A DNA stretch of 28,879 bases from Octopus sinensis (Eukaryota), in contig NW_021833479.1 of NCBI RefSeq assembly GCF_006345805.1, positions 1 through 28,879 of the forward strand, in the 5' to 3' direction. The notes under the pieces are model-generated. The model searched no databases, was not told the origin of the DNA, and saw only the letters and a program-made list of their open reading frames with translations. The first letter of the stretch is position 1, and each line of letters starts with the position of its first letter. The translations under genes were made by a program, and so were the position numbers. This document shows positions 1 to 10,249 of this stretch, one piece after another.

Positions 1-147
1 TCTTTCCTTCTCCTATGTTTCCGACGAAGAGCTCGCTCGAAACGTTAAGCCCGCCTTCTTTCCTTCTTTCCTGAGCGTCCAATAATATTATATTTGTTCC
101 ACGTCCTCGCGTTTTTGTGTTTTTTTGTGCTTTCATGTTTGGATTAA
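1..147 (+). mobile_element. Probable Penelope-like terminal (pLTR-type) segment, cut by window edge
   Basis: Pyrimidine-rich non-SINE segment containing a hammerhead-like core at 17-50 and ending at a (CA)n/(TA)n tract. Minimal hammerheads next to microsatellites are typical of PLE ends. Confidence 0.45.
17..50 (+). ncRNA. Minimal type I hammerhead-like motif (U4C variant)
   Basis: GUUU-CCGACGA-A-GAG(CUCG)CUC-GAAAC-GUU-AAGC. Stem I GUUU/AAGC, 3-4 bp stem II, palindromic AACGUU in place of stem III. Core reads CCGACGA rather than CUGANGA. Confidence 0.45.
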
Positions 148-167
148 CAGACACACACACACACACA

Positions 168-208
<41 letters not shown>

Positions 209-383
209 ATATATATACATATACACGACAGGCTTCCTTCAGTTTCCGTCTACCAAATCCACTCACAAGGCTTTGGTCGGCCCTAGGCTATAGTAGAAGA
301 CACTTGCCCAAAGGTGCCACGCAGTGGGACTGAACCCGGAACCATGTGGTTGGTAAACAAGCTACTTACCACACAGCCATTCC
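148..383 (-). mobile_element. SINE family A, head half plus internal microsatellite
   Basis: Minus strand gives TGGCTGTGTGG (A-box-like), GGTTCAGTCCC (B-box-like) and a CORE-like CCTTTGGGCAAGTG segment, then (TA)n/(GT)n. Same sequence recurs about 10 times in the window. Confidence 0.9.
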
Positions 384-549
384 TTTCTTTATTTATCCTG
401 TTTTCTTATAGTCTAAATGTGTTTTACAAATAACCGCCCCCTACTCGCACATGCATACCTACTCATAACACACCCTTCAAACCCTCCCCCAGTTATGTGA
501 TAGTGATACACTTCAGCGTACACATATCTCCCTATAAATCTACACATCT

Positions 550-1016
550 ATGTGTACACACACACGCGTGTATATGTATGTATGCATTTGTATACAATGT
601 GCGTATACATGTAAGTATATAATGTATGTACATATATATATATATATATAATGTATGTATGTATATAATGTGTGTATGCATACATGTATGTATATATGTG
701 TGTGTATTATATATATATATGTATTATAATTATACGTATGTATATGAATATGCTTGTTAATGTATGTCTGTCTGCTTGTCTGTGTATATGTACGTATATA
801 TGTATATAATGTATGTATGTATATATGTGTATTATAATCATGCGTGTATACATGAATATGCTTGTTACTGTGTGTGTGTGTGTGTGTATGCGTGTGTGTG
901 TCTGCTTGTTTGTGTATATGTACGTATATATGTATGTATATAAAGTATGTATGTGTATATGTATGTATATATGTGTATTATCATTATACGTATATATATA
1001 TATATAAATATGTTTG

Positions 1017-1054
<38 letters not shown>

Positions 1055-1110
1055 CTTGTCTGTGTATATATACGTATATGTCTCTGTGTGTTTGTGCGCG
1101 TGTATATAAA
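550..1110. repeat. Compound (TA)/(TG)/(TATG) microsatellite with three higher-order units
   Basis: Anchor AATATG(C/T)TTGTTA recurs at 747, 855 and 1007. Confidence 0.85.
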
Positions 1111-1239
1111 AAGTGTTATGGTGGTGTGTTTATTCTCAGGGAGTTTCTCAAAACACAGAGCGGAATGTTAGTAATTCCTTGAGAGGTTTTCAGCACAGAG
1201 ACCAGATCCGTCTTTCCTTGCCCACCACACCTTCCCATG

Positions 1240-1512
1240 CCTCTTCTCCTCCTCCCCCCTCCTCCGCACCACCACCACCACCACCACCACAACCACCGCC
1301 ACCACACCACTACTACTATACTACTACTACTTACTACTACTACCACCACCACCACCACCACCACCACAACCCCACCACCACAACAACAACACAACAACAA
1401 CACAACAACAACAACAACCAACAACAACACCACCACCACCGCCAACGCCCGCACAACCGCCGCCACCGCCGCCACCGCCGCCAACGCCGCCAACGCCGCC
1501 AACGCTGCCAAC
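1240..1512. repeat. Compound trinucleotide microsatellite (CCT, CAC, TAC, AAC, CGC/CGCCAA)
   Basis: Consecutive triplet runs read directly. The overlapping poly-P/H/T/Q/A ORFs have no complex sequence. Confidence 0.9.
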
Positions 1513-1800
1513 ACCCGTAGTGCTCTACCTACCACCCACATATCACCTCGACTCCACCCCAAGATACAAGCATCCGCATCATGTTAACGGGCTCCGGTAC
1601 ACATTTTTACCATTACTCTTACGGAAGGAAGAAATAAAATAATATCTCTGAAGTGGCAGATTTCAAAGAATGTTCACAATCTATATACAACATCGACCTT
1701 GAAGAATTCTAGGTTGGAAGTTAGGGAGTGTGGTTCAGTCGGTTACGTTTTGGGAATTTCTAGCAGAGACGATTCGACGTTAGAGAACCGGTATCGAAAC

Positions 1801-2216
1801 TACTCTCTTTGCTCTTTTACTTGTTTCAGTCATTTCGACTGTGGCCATGCTGGAGCACCGCCTTTTTATCGAGCAACTCGACCCCGGGACTTATTCCTTT
1901 GTAAGCCCAGTACTTATTCTATCGGTCTCTTTTTATGCCGAACCGCTAAATGACGGGGACATAAACACACCAGCATCGGTTGTCAAGCAATGCTAGGGGG
2001 ACAAACACAGACACACAAACACACACACGCATATATATATATCTACATATATACGACGGGCTTCTTTCAGTTTCCGTCTACCAAATCCACTCACAAGGTT
2101 TTGGTCGGCCCGAGGCTATAGTAGAAGACACTTGCCCAAGGTGCCACGCAGTGGGACTGAACCCGGAACCATGTGATTGGTTAGCGAGCTACTTACCACA
2201 CAGCCACTCCTGCGCC
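1801..2216 (-). mobile_element. SINE family A, full length
   Basis: Tail (TACTCTTT)n at 1801, body, internal (CA)n(TA)n, tRNA-like head ending CAGCCACTCCTGCGCC at 2216. Confidence 0.92.
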
Positions 2217-2660
2217 TATGGTGAAAACAATTATTTTATTCTTCGAACCGAAGAATATAATATCCAAATATCAGACAAAACAGTTCATTTAACACCCACA
2301 CATCCACACACACACGAGCTGGGAAAGTTCCTGGAAAGTTCCTGGCTTTAAGGGTTTCGCGAAAGGCCTGGTCTGGGGCCCAATTTCAAGAGTTTTTTTG
2401 AAAGAAAAGCTGAAGGGCTGCTGCAATAAGTGTGTGAACCTGAGAGGGGGAATATGTTGAATAAAATCATAATTAACTGATCCTTCTGAATTTCCTTTTA
2501 CCCAGGGACTTTTCAGCACTCTTCGTACACCTGTTGTGTATTCGCACAATCACCGAACCTGGAGCTTAACTATGGTCTGTCCATAGCACTTACTCAGCAT
2601 TACCTGACACCTTTGGGTCTTATTGACACCATTACCTCTCTAGAAATATATATATATATA

Positions 2661-2998
2661 TATTCTTTTACGTTTATTCTTTTATTTGCTTCAGTCATTT
2701 GACAGTGGAGCACTGGAGCACTGCCTTTAGTCGAACAAATCGAGCCCAGAACTTATTCTCTGAAAGCCTAGTACTTATTCTATCGGTCTCTTTTGCCGAA
2801 CCGCTAAGTTACGGGGACGTAAACACACCAGCATCGGTTGTGAAGCGATGTTGGGTGGACAAACACAGACACAGACATACACACACATATGTATATATAT
2901 ACGACGGGCTTCTTTCAGTTTCCGTCTACCAAATCCATTCACAAGGCTTTGGTCGGCCCGAGGCTATAATAGACGACACTTGCCCAAGATGCCACGCC
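2661..2998 (-). mobile_element. SINE family A, 5'-truncated
   Basis: Matches the copy at 1801-2216. The head breaks off at GATGCCACGC, where a (TC)n tract begins. Confidence 0.9.
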
Positions 2999-2999
2999 T

Positions 3000-3014
3000 G
3001 TCTCTCTCTCTCTG

Positions 3015-3069
<55 letters not shown>

Positions 3070-3075
3070 CTGTCG

Positions 3076-3137
<62 letters not shown>

Positions 3138-3160
3138 ATATCTATATATATATATATATA
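3000..3160. repeat. (TC)n-(TATC)n-(TA)n microsatellite
   Basis: Read directly. Confidence 0.95.
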
Positions 3161-3337
3161 CTGTTATGTCTGGAGAGAGTCATTTTCTTTTTGTGTCTTA
3201 TAATTTAACACACTCACCTGTAAAATTTCCACTTATTTCTTATAAAAATAAAAATAAGAAATAAGTGTAAATTTTACCGGTGAGTGTGTTAGATTATAAG
3301 GCACAAAACAGAAAATGACTCTCCCCAGACACAACAG
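3161..3337. repeat. 177-bp fold-back (long inverted repeat)
   Basis: Arm 3161-3243 versus reverse complement of 3254-3337: 6 mismatches and 1 indel over about 83 nt, 10-nt A-rich spacer. Confidence 0.92.
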
Positions 3338-3394
3338 GAGATGCTTCAACACACGAACTCATAAAAAGAATCTTGCAAACCAAATCCAAAAACG

Positions 3395-3439
<45 letters not shown>

Positions 3440-3443
3440 CATA

Positions 3444-3591
3444 CAGTACACGTAACTGGTACTTAATTTATCGACCCCGAAAGGATGAAAGGCAAAGTCG
3501 ACCTCGGCGGCATTTGAACTCAGAACGTAGCAGCAGAGGATATACTGCTAATTATTTCGTCCAGCGTGCTAACGATTCTGCCAGCTCACCG
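3444..3591 (-). mobile_element. SINE family B (tRNA-like head plus GTCGACTTTGCCTTTCATCCTTTCGGGGTCGATAAA central domain)
   Basis: Reverse complement matches the copies at 13682, 18404 and 26173. The central block resembles the conserved metazoan Meta-type SINE domain (from memory, unverified). Confidence 0.85.
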
Positions 3592-3879
3592 ACTCTCTCC
3601 CCAGTAATATTAGGTGTATTAATTAAAATATTATAGCTTTAGATAAGACTTGCTGCGACTTACCTGTTGCTTCGGTTTCCACCGTAGACGTTGGTATTAA
3701 TTATACACTGATCAGCGGAAGGAAACACCACTTGTCTGTGAGAATAGCCAGGGTGAAGAATTCGGTTAAATTTCATTAATTAAATAATTAACAAGACGTG
3801 TAAATGAAGGTGCGAAACTGGCGGGGAAATGATATGCGGCTGTTTTATGAAGTAACATAAGGAAAGAGAATGAGAGAGG

Positions 3880-4123
3880 GATAGAACGGAAGATAGGTAG
3901 ATAGAGAGGCAGAGGTTGGTAGGTAGGTAGGCAGATAGATAAATAGATAGATAGATAGAGAGAGAGAGAAGGAAATAAATGTATGTATGTACGCGCGCGC
4001 ACACATGTACATATATACATATATATACACATACATACACACCTAAATATATATGTATTTAATATACATGCATAAATACACAAGCATTCACACTCACACG
4101 CAAACACATATGCATGTCTATGC

Positions 4124-4154
<31 letters not shown>

Positions 4155-4264
4155 ATATACATATGTATATATATGTATATATATATGTGTATATATATGT
4201 ATTTATGTATGTATGTATGTATGAATGTATGTGTGTGTGTGTGTATACGTATACACAATTATAT

Positions 4265-4295
<31 letters not shown>

Positions 4296-4437
4296 CACAC
4301 ATATATATACATATACATACATACATGCAAGTTTAAAGATACATAGGGAGAAAGGTAAGGAGAGATCGGGAATGTACATACAAACACACACACATATATG
4401 ATGCACATATACACTATACACACACACACACACACAC

Positions 4438-4507
<70 letters not shown>

Positions 4508-4608
4508 TCGACCAAAATAGCTGCCGAGATTCCGAAGTTTTGCCTAGAAAATGTTGTCAAACAGGACACCGTCTATGTACATGTACCGTATGCACGCACA
4601 CGCACGCA

Positions 4609-4649
<41 letters not shown>

Positions 4650-4690
4650 CACACACACACACACCACACACACACACCACACACACACAC
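3880..4690. repeat. Microsatellite-dominated block: (GATA)n, (TA)n, (TATG)n, (CA)n
   Basis: Read directly; source of many spurious Y/I/V/C/H/T ORFs. Confidence 0.9.
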
Positions 4691-5246
4691 ATCCATATGC
4701 ATTGAGAGAACGAAAACGAAAGAGAAAGTATCAGATTTTGGCTGACATTTACTGCTGGTAACTCTTACTTTATTTGTGGAAATCCCTTAAGGGAAATCTA
4801 TTTCTGACAAGAACAGGATACACTGTTTTGCTTTGCTTTTTTTTTGTTTACTTTATGTTGTTGTTGTTGTTGTTGTTGCTACTGCTGCAGTTATTTAACC
4901 CCAGGTCATCTTTAATCAATAACATTGCACCCGTGACAATCCCACTTTTACGCTGCTTCTCAATGTTTATTTTAGACGTAAGACGTGCTTTAAGGGTGAT
5001 TTCACACGTGTTGGTAGCATGTTGAGTGATTCCGTACAAGCTGCACTCTATGATTCATGAAATTCTATCCGTGACCATCCCATCTATTTTTTTTTGTTAG
5101 GTACAGTGTATCTTCTAACAACACTACCCAATGTTCCCCTGCATTTTTAAGACAATCACCACCGTGATTTGAATGCAATTCGGCTACTGTTTCTAGCATG
5201 GCGAGTGACCGCATAAAAGCTCTCTTAAGGAACAATCGTTAAGGGT

Positions 5247-6027
5247 TACTCTCTCTTTTACTCTTTTACTTGTTTCAGTCATTTGACTACGGCCATGCTG
5301 GAGCACCGCCTTTAGTCGAGCAACTCGACCCTGGGACTTATTCTTTTGTAAGCCCAGTACTTATTCTATCGGTCTCTTTTGCCGAACCGCTAAGTAACGG
5401 GGACATAAACACACCAGCATCGGTCGTCAAGCAATGCTAGGGGGACAAACACAGACACACAAACACAGACACGCATATATATACATACTAGCAGTATTGC
5501 CCGGCGTTGCTCAGGTTTGTAAGGGAAATAACTATAAAGCATTTTTAGAGAGTTATAGCCAAAAAATGGGAAAAAAATGATGGTAAATTTTTTTTGAGAG
5601 TTAAAAAAGGTGGAGTTGCGTCCCCTAGACGGTCTGTGGTTTGGGTTTCTGATTCTCGACCCCATGTCGAATTTATCGATTTTTTTCAGAACTGGGGGAA
5701 CTTTTCAAAATTTTCGCTGCGTTAGTTTTGAATTATGACATTGGGCTATGTGTGTGTCAAGTTTCATCAGAATCGGTTGAAAGCCGTGGTCAGAGTGAGG
5801 GTACGAGAAAACAGACACACAGAAAACGCACAGACAAACTGCCGTTTATATAGAGAGAGATATACGACAGGCTTCTTTCAGTTTCCGTCTACCAAATCTA
5901 CTCACAAGGCTTTGGTCGGCCCGAGGCTATAGTAGAAGACACTTGCCCAAGGTGCCACGCAGTGGGACTGAACCCGGAACCATGTGGTTGTTAAACAAGC
6001 TACTTACCACTCAGCCACTCCTGCGCC
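5247..6027 (-). mobile_element. SINE family A, full length, split by a Helitron-type insertion
   Basis: Tail half 5247-5487 and head half 5861-6027 rejoin across the (TA)n tract once 5488-5860 is removed. Confidence 0.88.
5488..5860 (-). mobile_element. Non-autonomous Helitron-type element (373 bp)
   Basis: Minus strand starts A|TC (5860) and ends with an imperfect GC hairpin CCTGAGCAACGCCGGG, 8 nt, then CTAG|T (5488). No TSD and an A^T target, which are the Helitron terminal signatures. Confidence 0.75.
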
Positions 6028-6649
6028 TATAATTCTGTAATTTTTTTGTTTGTTTTATGACTTAGTTACTAGTAAAAGGTAAAGATCTCCTTCCGTTATG
6101 AAGGACCATGGAATAGCACATAGAAAGTTCCCTTCCGAAGCACAAGTCTGGGCAAAGTTGTTTATGGAAGACCAGCCGTCACCCATGCATACCAACCTCC
6201 CCTCTCTACGCCGCCGATGTTGTTCAAGGGAAAGGCAAAGGCCGACACAGCTTGGCACCAGTGACGGTGCAACTCATTTCCAACAGCTCAGTGAAGTGGA
6301 GCAACAAGAAATAGAGTGTCTTGCTCAAGAACACAACATACAGTTACAAGTAGAAGGACAGCAAACCATGACCATTTCTAGGGTCTTGGGGGTTAGTGAA
6401 AGCTAAGGCAGAAATTATCTTCAGACAGGAGAACTGATCCCAGTACTGGCACCAAAGTAGACGATTCGTCTAAAGACACCAAAATGGCATTAAAACAGAT
6501 GACAAATTCAGTCTATCACCTAGGAGCAGTAATAGTCACTTTGACGGGTTTCCACACAGTTTCCGCCTGCCAAATTTCGCTTGGTCAACTCGAAGCTACA
6601 GCAGATGATCCCCAAAGTGCTGCGTCATTGGATCAAGCTCGAGACCCTT

Positions 6650-6817
6650 TTAAGAGATGAGGAATTATTTACATTATTTACATTTGACAGATATTTGTCC
6701 TCATCTTTAGGCTGATATACTCTCCAACCTTCATCAGATGTCTTGGGGAAATTTCGAACCTGGGTTCTCATTCCTAGGGTATTTTTCGATGTTGTTGTTG
6801 TTGGTGGTGGTGGTGTC

Positions 6818-6880
<63 letters not shown>

Positions 6881-6923
6881 TTCACTACCTGGAATCGAAC
6901 TCGGAATCTTGGGGTTGGTAGCC
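6650..6923 (-). mobile_element. SINE family H copy 1 (5'-truncated head, (AAT)n, hammerhead module with deletion)
   Basis: Minus strand: B-box GAGTTCGATTCC (6902-6891), (AAT)n(AAC)n, then a module about 88% identical to 8329-8476. CUGAUGA is present (6737-6731) but GAAAC is mutated and 21 nt are deleted. Confidence 0.8.
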
Positions 6924-7034
6924 AAGTGGGCAATTATGGAGTGAATTTTAGGGCTTATAAATCTATGGCGTAGTGGTTAGGAGCGCGGGCTACTAACCCC
7001 AAGATTCCGCATTCGGTTCCAGGTAGTGACCTGG

Positions 7035-7095
<61 letters not shown>

Positions 7096-7096
<1 letters not shown>

Positions 7097-8304
7097 TGGC
7101 CTAGACACCTACCTGAAAAACTCTGAGGACTGGATGTTAAAACTTGTCTCAAAACATGAAAACAAGAAAGCATCATACTCAGTAACAAAACAGGCAAAGG
7201 AATATCTAAGTGAATTCCGAATACAACAAATTTCGGAATTAGAGATAGACATACAAGAAACAGGCACAGAAAATCTAAGCGCATGAAAACCCGTGCTAAA
7301 TCTGCGGCCTTAGATATTCTGAATGATAAATGGCAAGAAAAACCTCTCTATGGCAAATACCCAAAAAGAGCAAATAATGCAGATGTTGACAAAGCCCTTA
7401 CTCATGAATGGCTAATAGCCTCTGGCTTAAAATCTGAAACAGAGGGGTTTATCATAGCAGCTCAAGATCAATGCCTACCAACAAGAAACTACCAGCCAAC
7501 ATATAAAGATCAGAAGCAGTCCAACGTGTCGTGTATGCAAGCAACAAAATGAAACCATTGACCATGTGGTCTCCAAGTGCAGTCTTCTAGCGCCTACAGA
7601 GTATCTCAACAGGCACGATAGAGCTGCACAATATATTCACTGGGTAATCTGTAAAAACCTGGATTTGCCCCATGAAAAAAACTGGTGGGAACACACAACC
7701 ACCCCCAGTGCTTGAAAATGACCACATCTCACTCCTCTGGAACTTCACCATTCAAACTGACAGAAAGATAGATGCAAATAGGCAGACATCATATTGAAAG
7801 ACTTCAAACAAAGAACATGCCTCCTCATTGATATGACTGTCCCAATCGATATAAACGTATCTGTCAAGACCTACCAAAAACTGAGCAAATATAAAGATCT
7901 TGAAATAGAAATCAGCAAAATGTGGAAGCTGAAGACTAAAACAATACCTGTTGTCATAGGTGCCCTGGGAATGATAGCAAAAGGGGCTGATAGCTACCTA
8001 ACTCAGATACCAGGAAACCCAAAAATGGAAGAAATTCAAAAGATAGTGCTCATGGTAACTGCTCATATCCTACGCAAAATACTTTCTATGTAATCTCAAG
8101 GTTTAAAACAAACATAATTTTCGGTTTTAAAAAAAAAAAAAAAAAACTTTTTTTAGACATTCATTAGTACAACACCCCCACCCCCCAAATATATGGCACA
8201 CTAGGCATAACAACAGCATGAACTTCCAACCCTGTTGTCTCTTGAGGTCTCTGGGTGAGACTTGGAGCCAACTTGTACAAATATAAAGCAAAAGTCAAAC
8301 ATAG
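7096..8304 (+). mobile_element. 5'-truncated R4/Dong-clade non-LTR retrotransposon (RLE endonuclease) inserted in (AAT)n
   Basis: Frameshift-corrected translation shows post-RT LKSETEGFIIAAQDQ, zinc knuckle CRVC-x8-H-x4-C, RHD, and RLE motifs R(P)D..IDMTVP..KLSKYKDL. Stop at 8093, 3' UTR to 8304, AAT repeats on both flanks. Confidence 0.9.
7098..8093 (+). pseudogene. Frameshifted C-terminal ORF of the R4/Dong element (includes track ORFs 7283-7552 and 7794-8093)
   Basis: At least four frameshifts (near 7270, 7495, 7705, 7782). No RT catalytic core is present. Confidence 0.88.
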
Positions 8305-8376
8305 AATAATAATAATAATAATAATAATATGGAAAAATACTTTAGGAATGAGAACCCATGTTCGAAATTCCCCTAA

Positions 8377-8422
8377 GACACCTGATGAAGGCTGGAGGGT
8401 ATATCAGCCGAAACGTTGTGTT
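8377..8422 (+). ncRNA. Minimal type I hammerhead ribozyme, core intact
   Basis: Stem I GACAC(8377-81)/GUGUU(8418-22); CUGAUGA 8382-88; extra A; stem II GGCUG(8390-94)/CAGCC(8405-09); GAAAC 8410-14; palindromic AACGUU; predicted cleavage after GUU at 8417. Confidence 0.75.
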
Positions 8423-9559
8423 AACAACAAACAAGATGAGGACAAATATCCGTCAAATATAAATAATGTAAATAATCGAAACCCTTTTGCTATGAAAGTA
8501 ACTTCTTAACCACTTGCATTCTAATGCCGAGTCCATTTCCTCTGTGGGACGAAGTTAAGGATGGATGTTTTCCTCCAAGTGACATGCCTGGTGACGAAGT
8601 GTAGCACTCAAGGACAGAAGGTTTCTTTTTTTTTTTTATCTAAAAGACACTCAAGTTTCCACACAGTGGGATCGAACTCCAAACTACGAAGCAAAGTCCT
8701 TAAAAATATGCAGCCATACTTACTTCCGTGGTCTCCAGATAGCTGAGTGTACTACGAAGGATATTTAGCTGTTATTTCTAGGACAGGGATGAAAATGCTT
8801 ACTCTTTCGCCAGCCCATGATTAAGCTTTGTTCGATATAAAAACAAAAGTTCTTTTTCTTGTATTTAACCAAACCAGTCTAGTTTAAGAAACGAGTAAAC
8901 GAAGGAACGTCTGCGTGGTCGTTGAATTTGGTTGAAATAGCAGCCAAATTACTCTCCGTCGCTAATGGAATGCTTTTCGTATAGGCCTTCTTGATAAGAG
9001 AAACTTGACCTAGAGCTAAACAGCAACAAACACCGGTAGAATGATACTAGCGACTCGTAACCTCGTTTCGATCCTCAAGTGAGCAAAAAAGAAAAAAAAA
9101 AGATATATATATCATAATAATAATGGCTGCCATTTTTATTTAATGACTTTTATTTCAAAACCTTACAAATGTCTGTAACAGTAATCTGATTCCCACCCAC
9201 CTCCTATGAAACATTTCAAGCAAGTTGATAGTCTGATAATATTAACGATGCTTGTTTAATTGATGTCACTTCGTGCGCCAAAATATTTCAGGTTACGCCA
9301 GTTTTTAATATCATAATATTTCCACAGCAAACTAATCTTAGCCAAGTTTCGCAATAAATTCTTTACTTCCGTTGTTTCGTCTTGAGTTACGAAGCATCTT
9401 TTGCAATTATCCACAACTTGTGTTTATACCCCCTATTAATGTTAATGTATAAAACATTCTTAGGTTAATTCCTTAACGCCTACAACAGAAGGGCAAGCGG
9501 ATGGGGGACTATATGGGCTATATATCAACAACAACAATTAAACGATAAACATTATTTCT

Positions 9560-10038
9560 AATTTAGACAGGAGGCCATCAGATTTGTTAAGGAGTTTGGG
9601 GTTAATAGATACAATTGACCCCAATGTTGGCTGGTGTTGAGGCACATGGCCAAGTGGTTAGAGCAGCGGACTCGCAGTCGAGGGATCGCGGGTTCGAATC
9701 TCAGACCGGGCGATGTGTGTGTTTATGAGCGAAACACCTAAGCTCTACGCGGCTCCGGCAGAAGGTAATGGCGAAGTGACATCTTGCAGCTCACCTGCGA
9801 CGGACCGGCGTCCCGTCCAGGTGGGGGAACCTATACGCCAAGGAAACCGGGAGACCGGCCTTTATGAGCCAGGCATGGCTCGAGAAGGAACACTGTTGGC
9901 TGGTGCTATATTTAATCGACCCCCGGAAGGATAAAAGGGAAAGTCGATCTCTCGGTGGGATTTGGACTCAGACTGTAAAGAATCAGGAAAAATACTACAA
10001 GGTATTTTTCGAGGCTCTGTTATCCTCTCAGCTCGCCG
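9560..10038 (-). mobile_element. Diverged SINE family B copy, interrupted by a family C SINE
   Basis: Tail at about 9560-9636; central domain and head at 9894-10038. Confidence 0.7.
9637..9893 (+). mobile_element. SINE family C (tRNA-Arg-like head, OR-type) with 12-bp TSD
   Basis: A-box TGGCCAAGTGG, anticodon-like GGACTCGCAGTC, B-box GGTTCGAATCTC. TGTTGGCTGGTG is duplicated at 9625-9636 and 9894-9905. Confidence 0.9.
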
Positions 10039-10249
10039 TTAATAACATAAACTGCTTCTAATATCGGGCACGGCCCAAAGGGCCTGAAATTTGGTGAAGG
10101 AGTTTAATCAATTACGATTTATCTCCTCGCTTGGTGATATAAACAAGAGTCCTTTTTGCACCAAAGGCCAATACGGGAGTTTCTGTTTTGGTACCTATTG
10201 CTGTATAGTTTGTTCGAACAGAACATCCACGTTTAAGTGGGGATAAATA

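Larger units (their letters stand above)
6966..8476 (+). mobile_element. SINE family H copy 2 (tRNA head 6966-7033, (AAT)n, hammerhead module 8329-8476), interrupted by an R4/Dong LINE
   Basis: Consensus A-box TGGCGTAGTGG at 6966-6976 and a degenerate B-box at 7009-7020. Head, AAT tract and module appear in the same order as in the uninterrupted copy at 6650-6923. Confidence 0.8.

Noticed and set aside
1980-2351. Recurrent peptide YDGLLSVSVYQIHSQGFGRPEAIVEDTCPRCHAVGLNPEP seen in several ORFs
   Set aside because: It is a reading of the SINE family A head on the antisense strand, not a protein family.
813-4454. Many ORFs rich in Y/I/V/C/M/H/T, and the poly-P/H/T/Q ORFs at 1113-1587
   Set aside because: They are translations of di-, tri- and tetranucleotide microsatellites; the same applies to 10859-11181, 19028-19772, 20820-22531 and 27513-27969.
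6966-7033. Possible tRNA genes here and at 9641, 14065, 19671, 26790
   Set aside because: A and B boxes are present but there is no complete acceptor stem, and each continues into a SINE body.
7794-8093. 99-aa ORF as a host nuclease gene
   Set aside because: It is the last frame segment of the frameshifted R4/Dong ORF.
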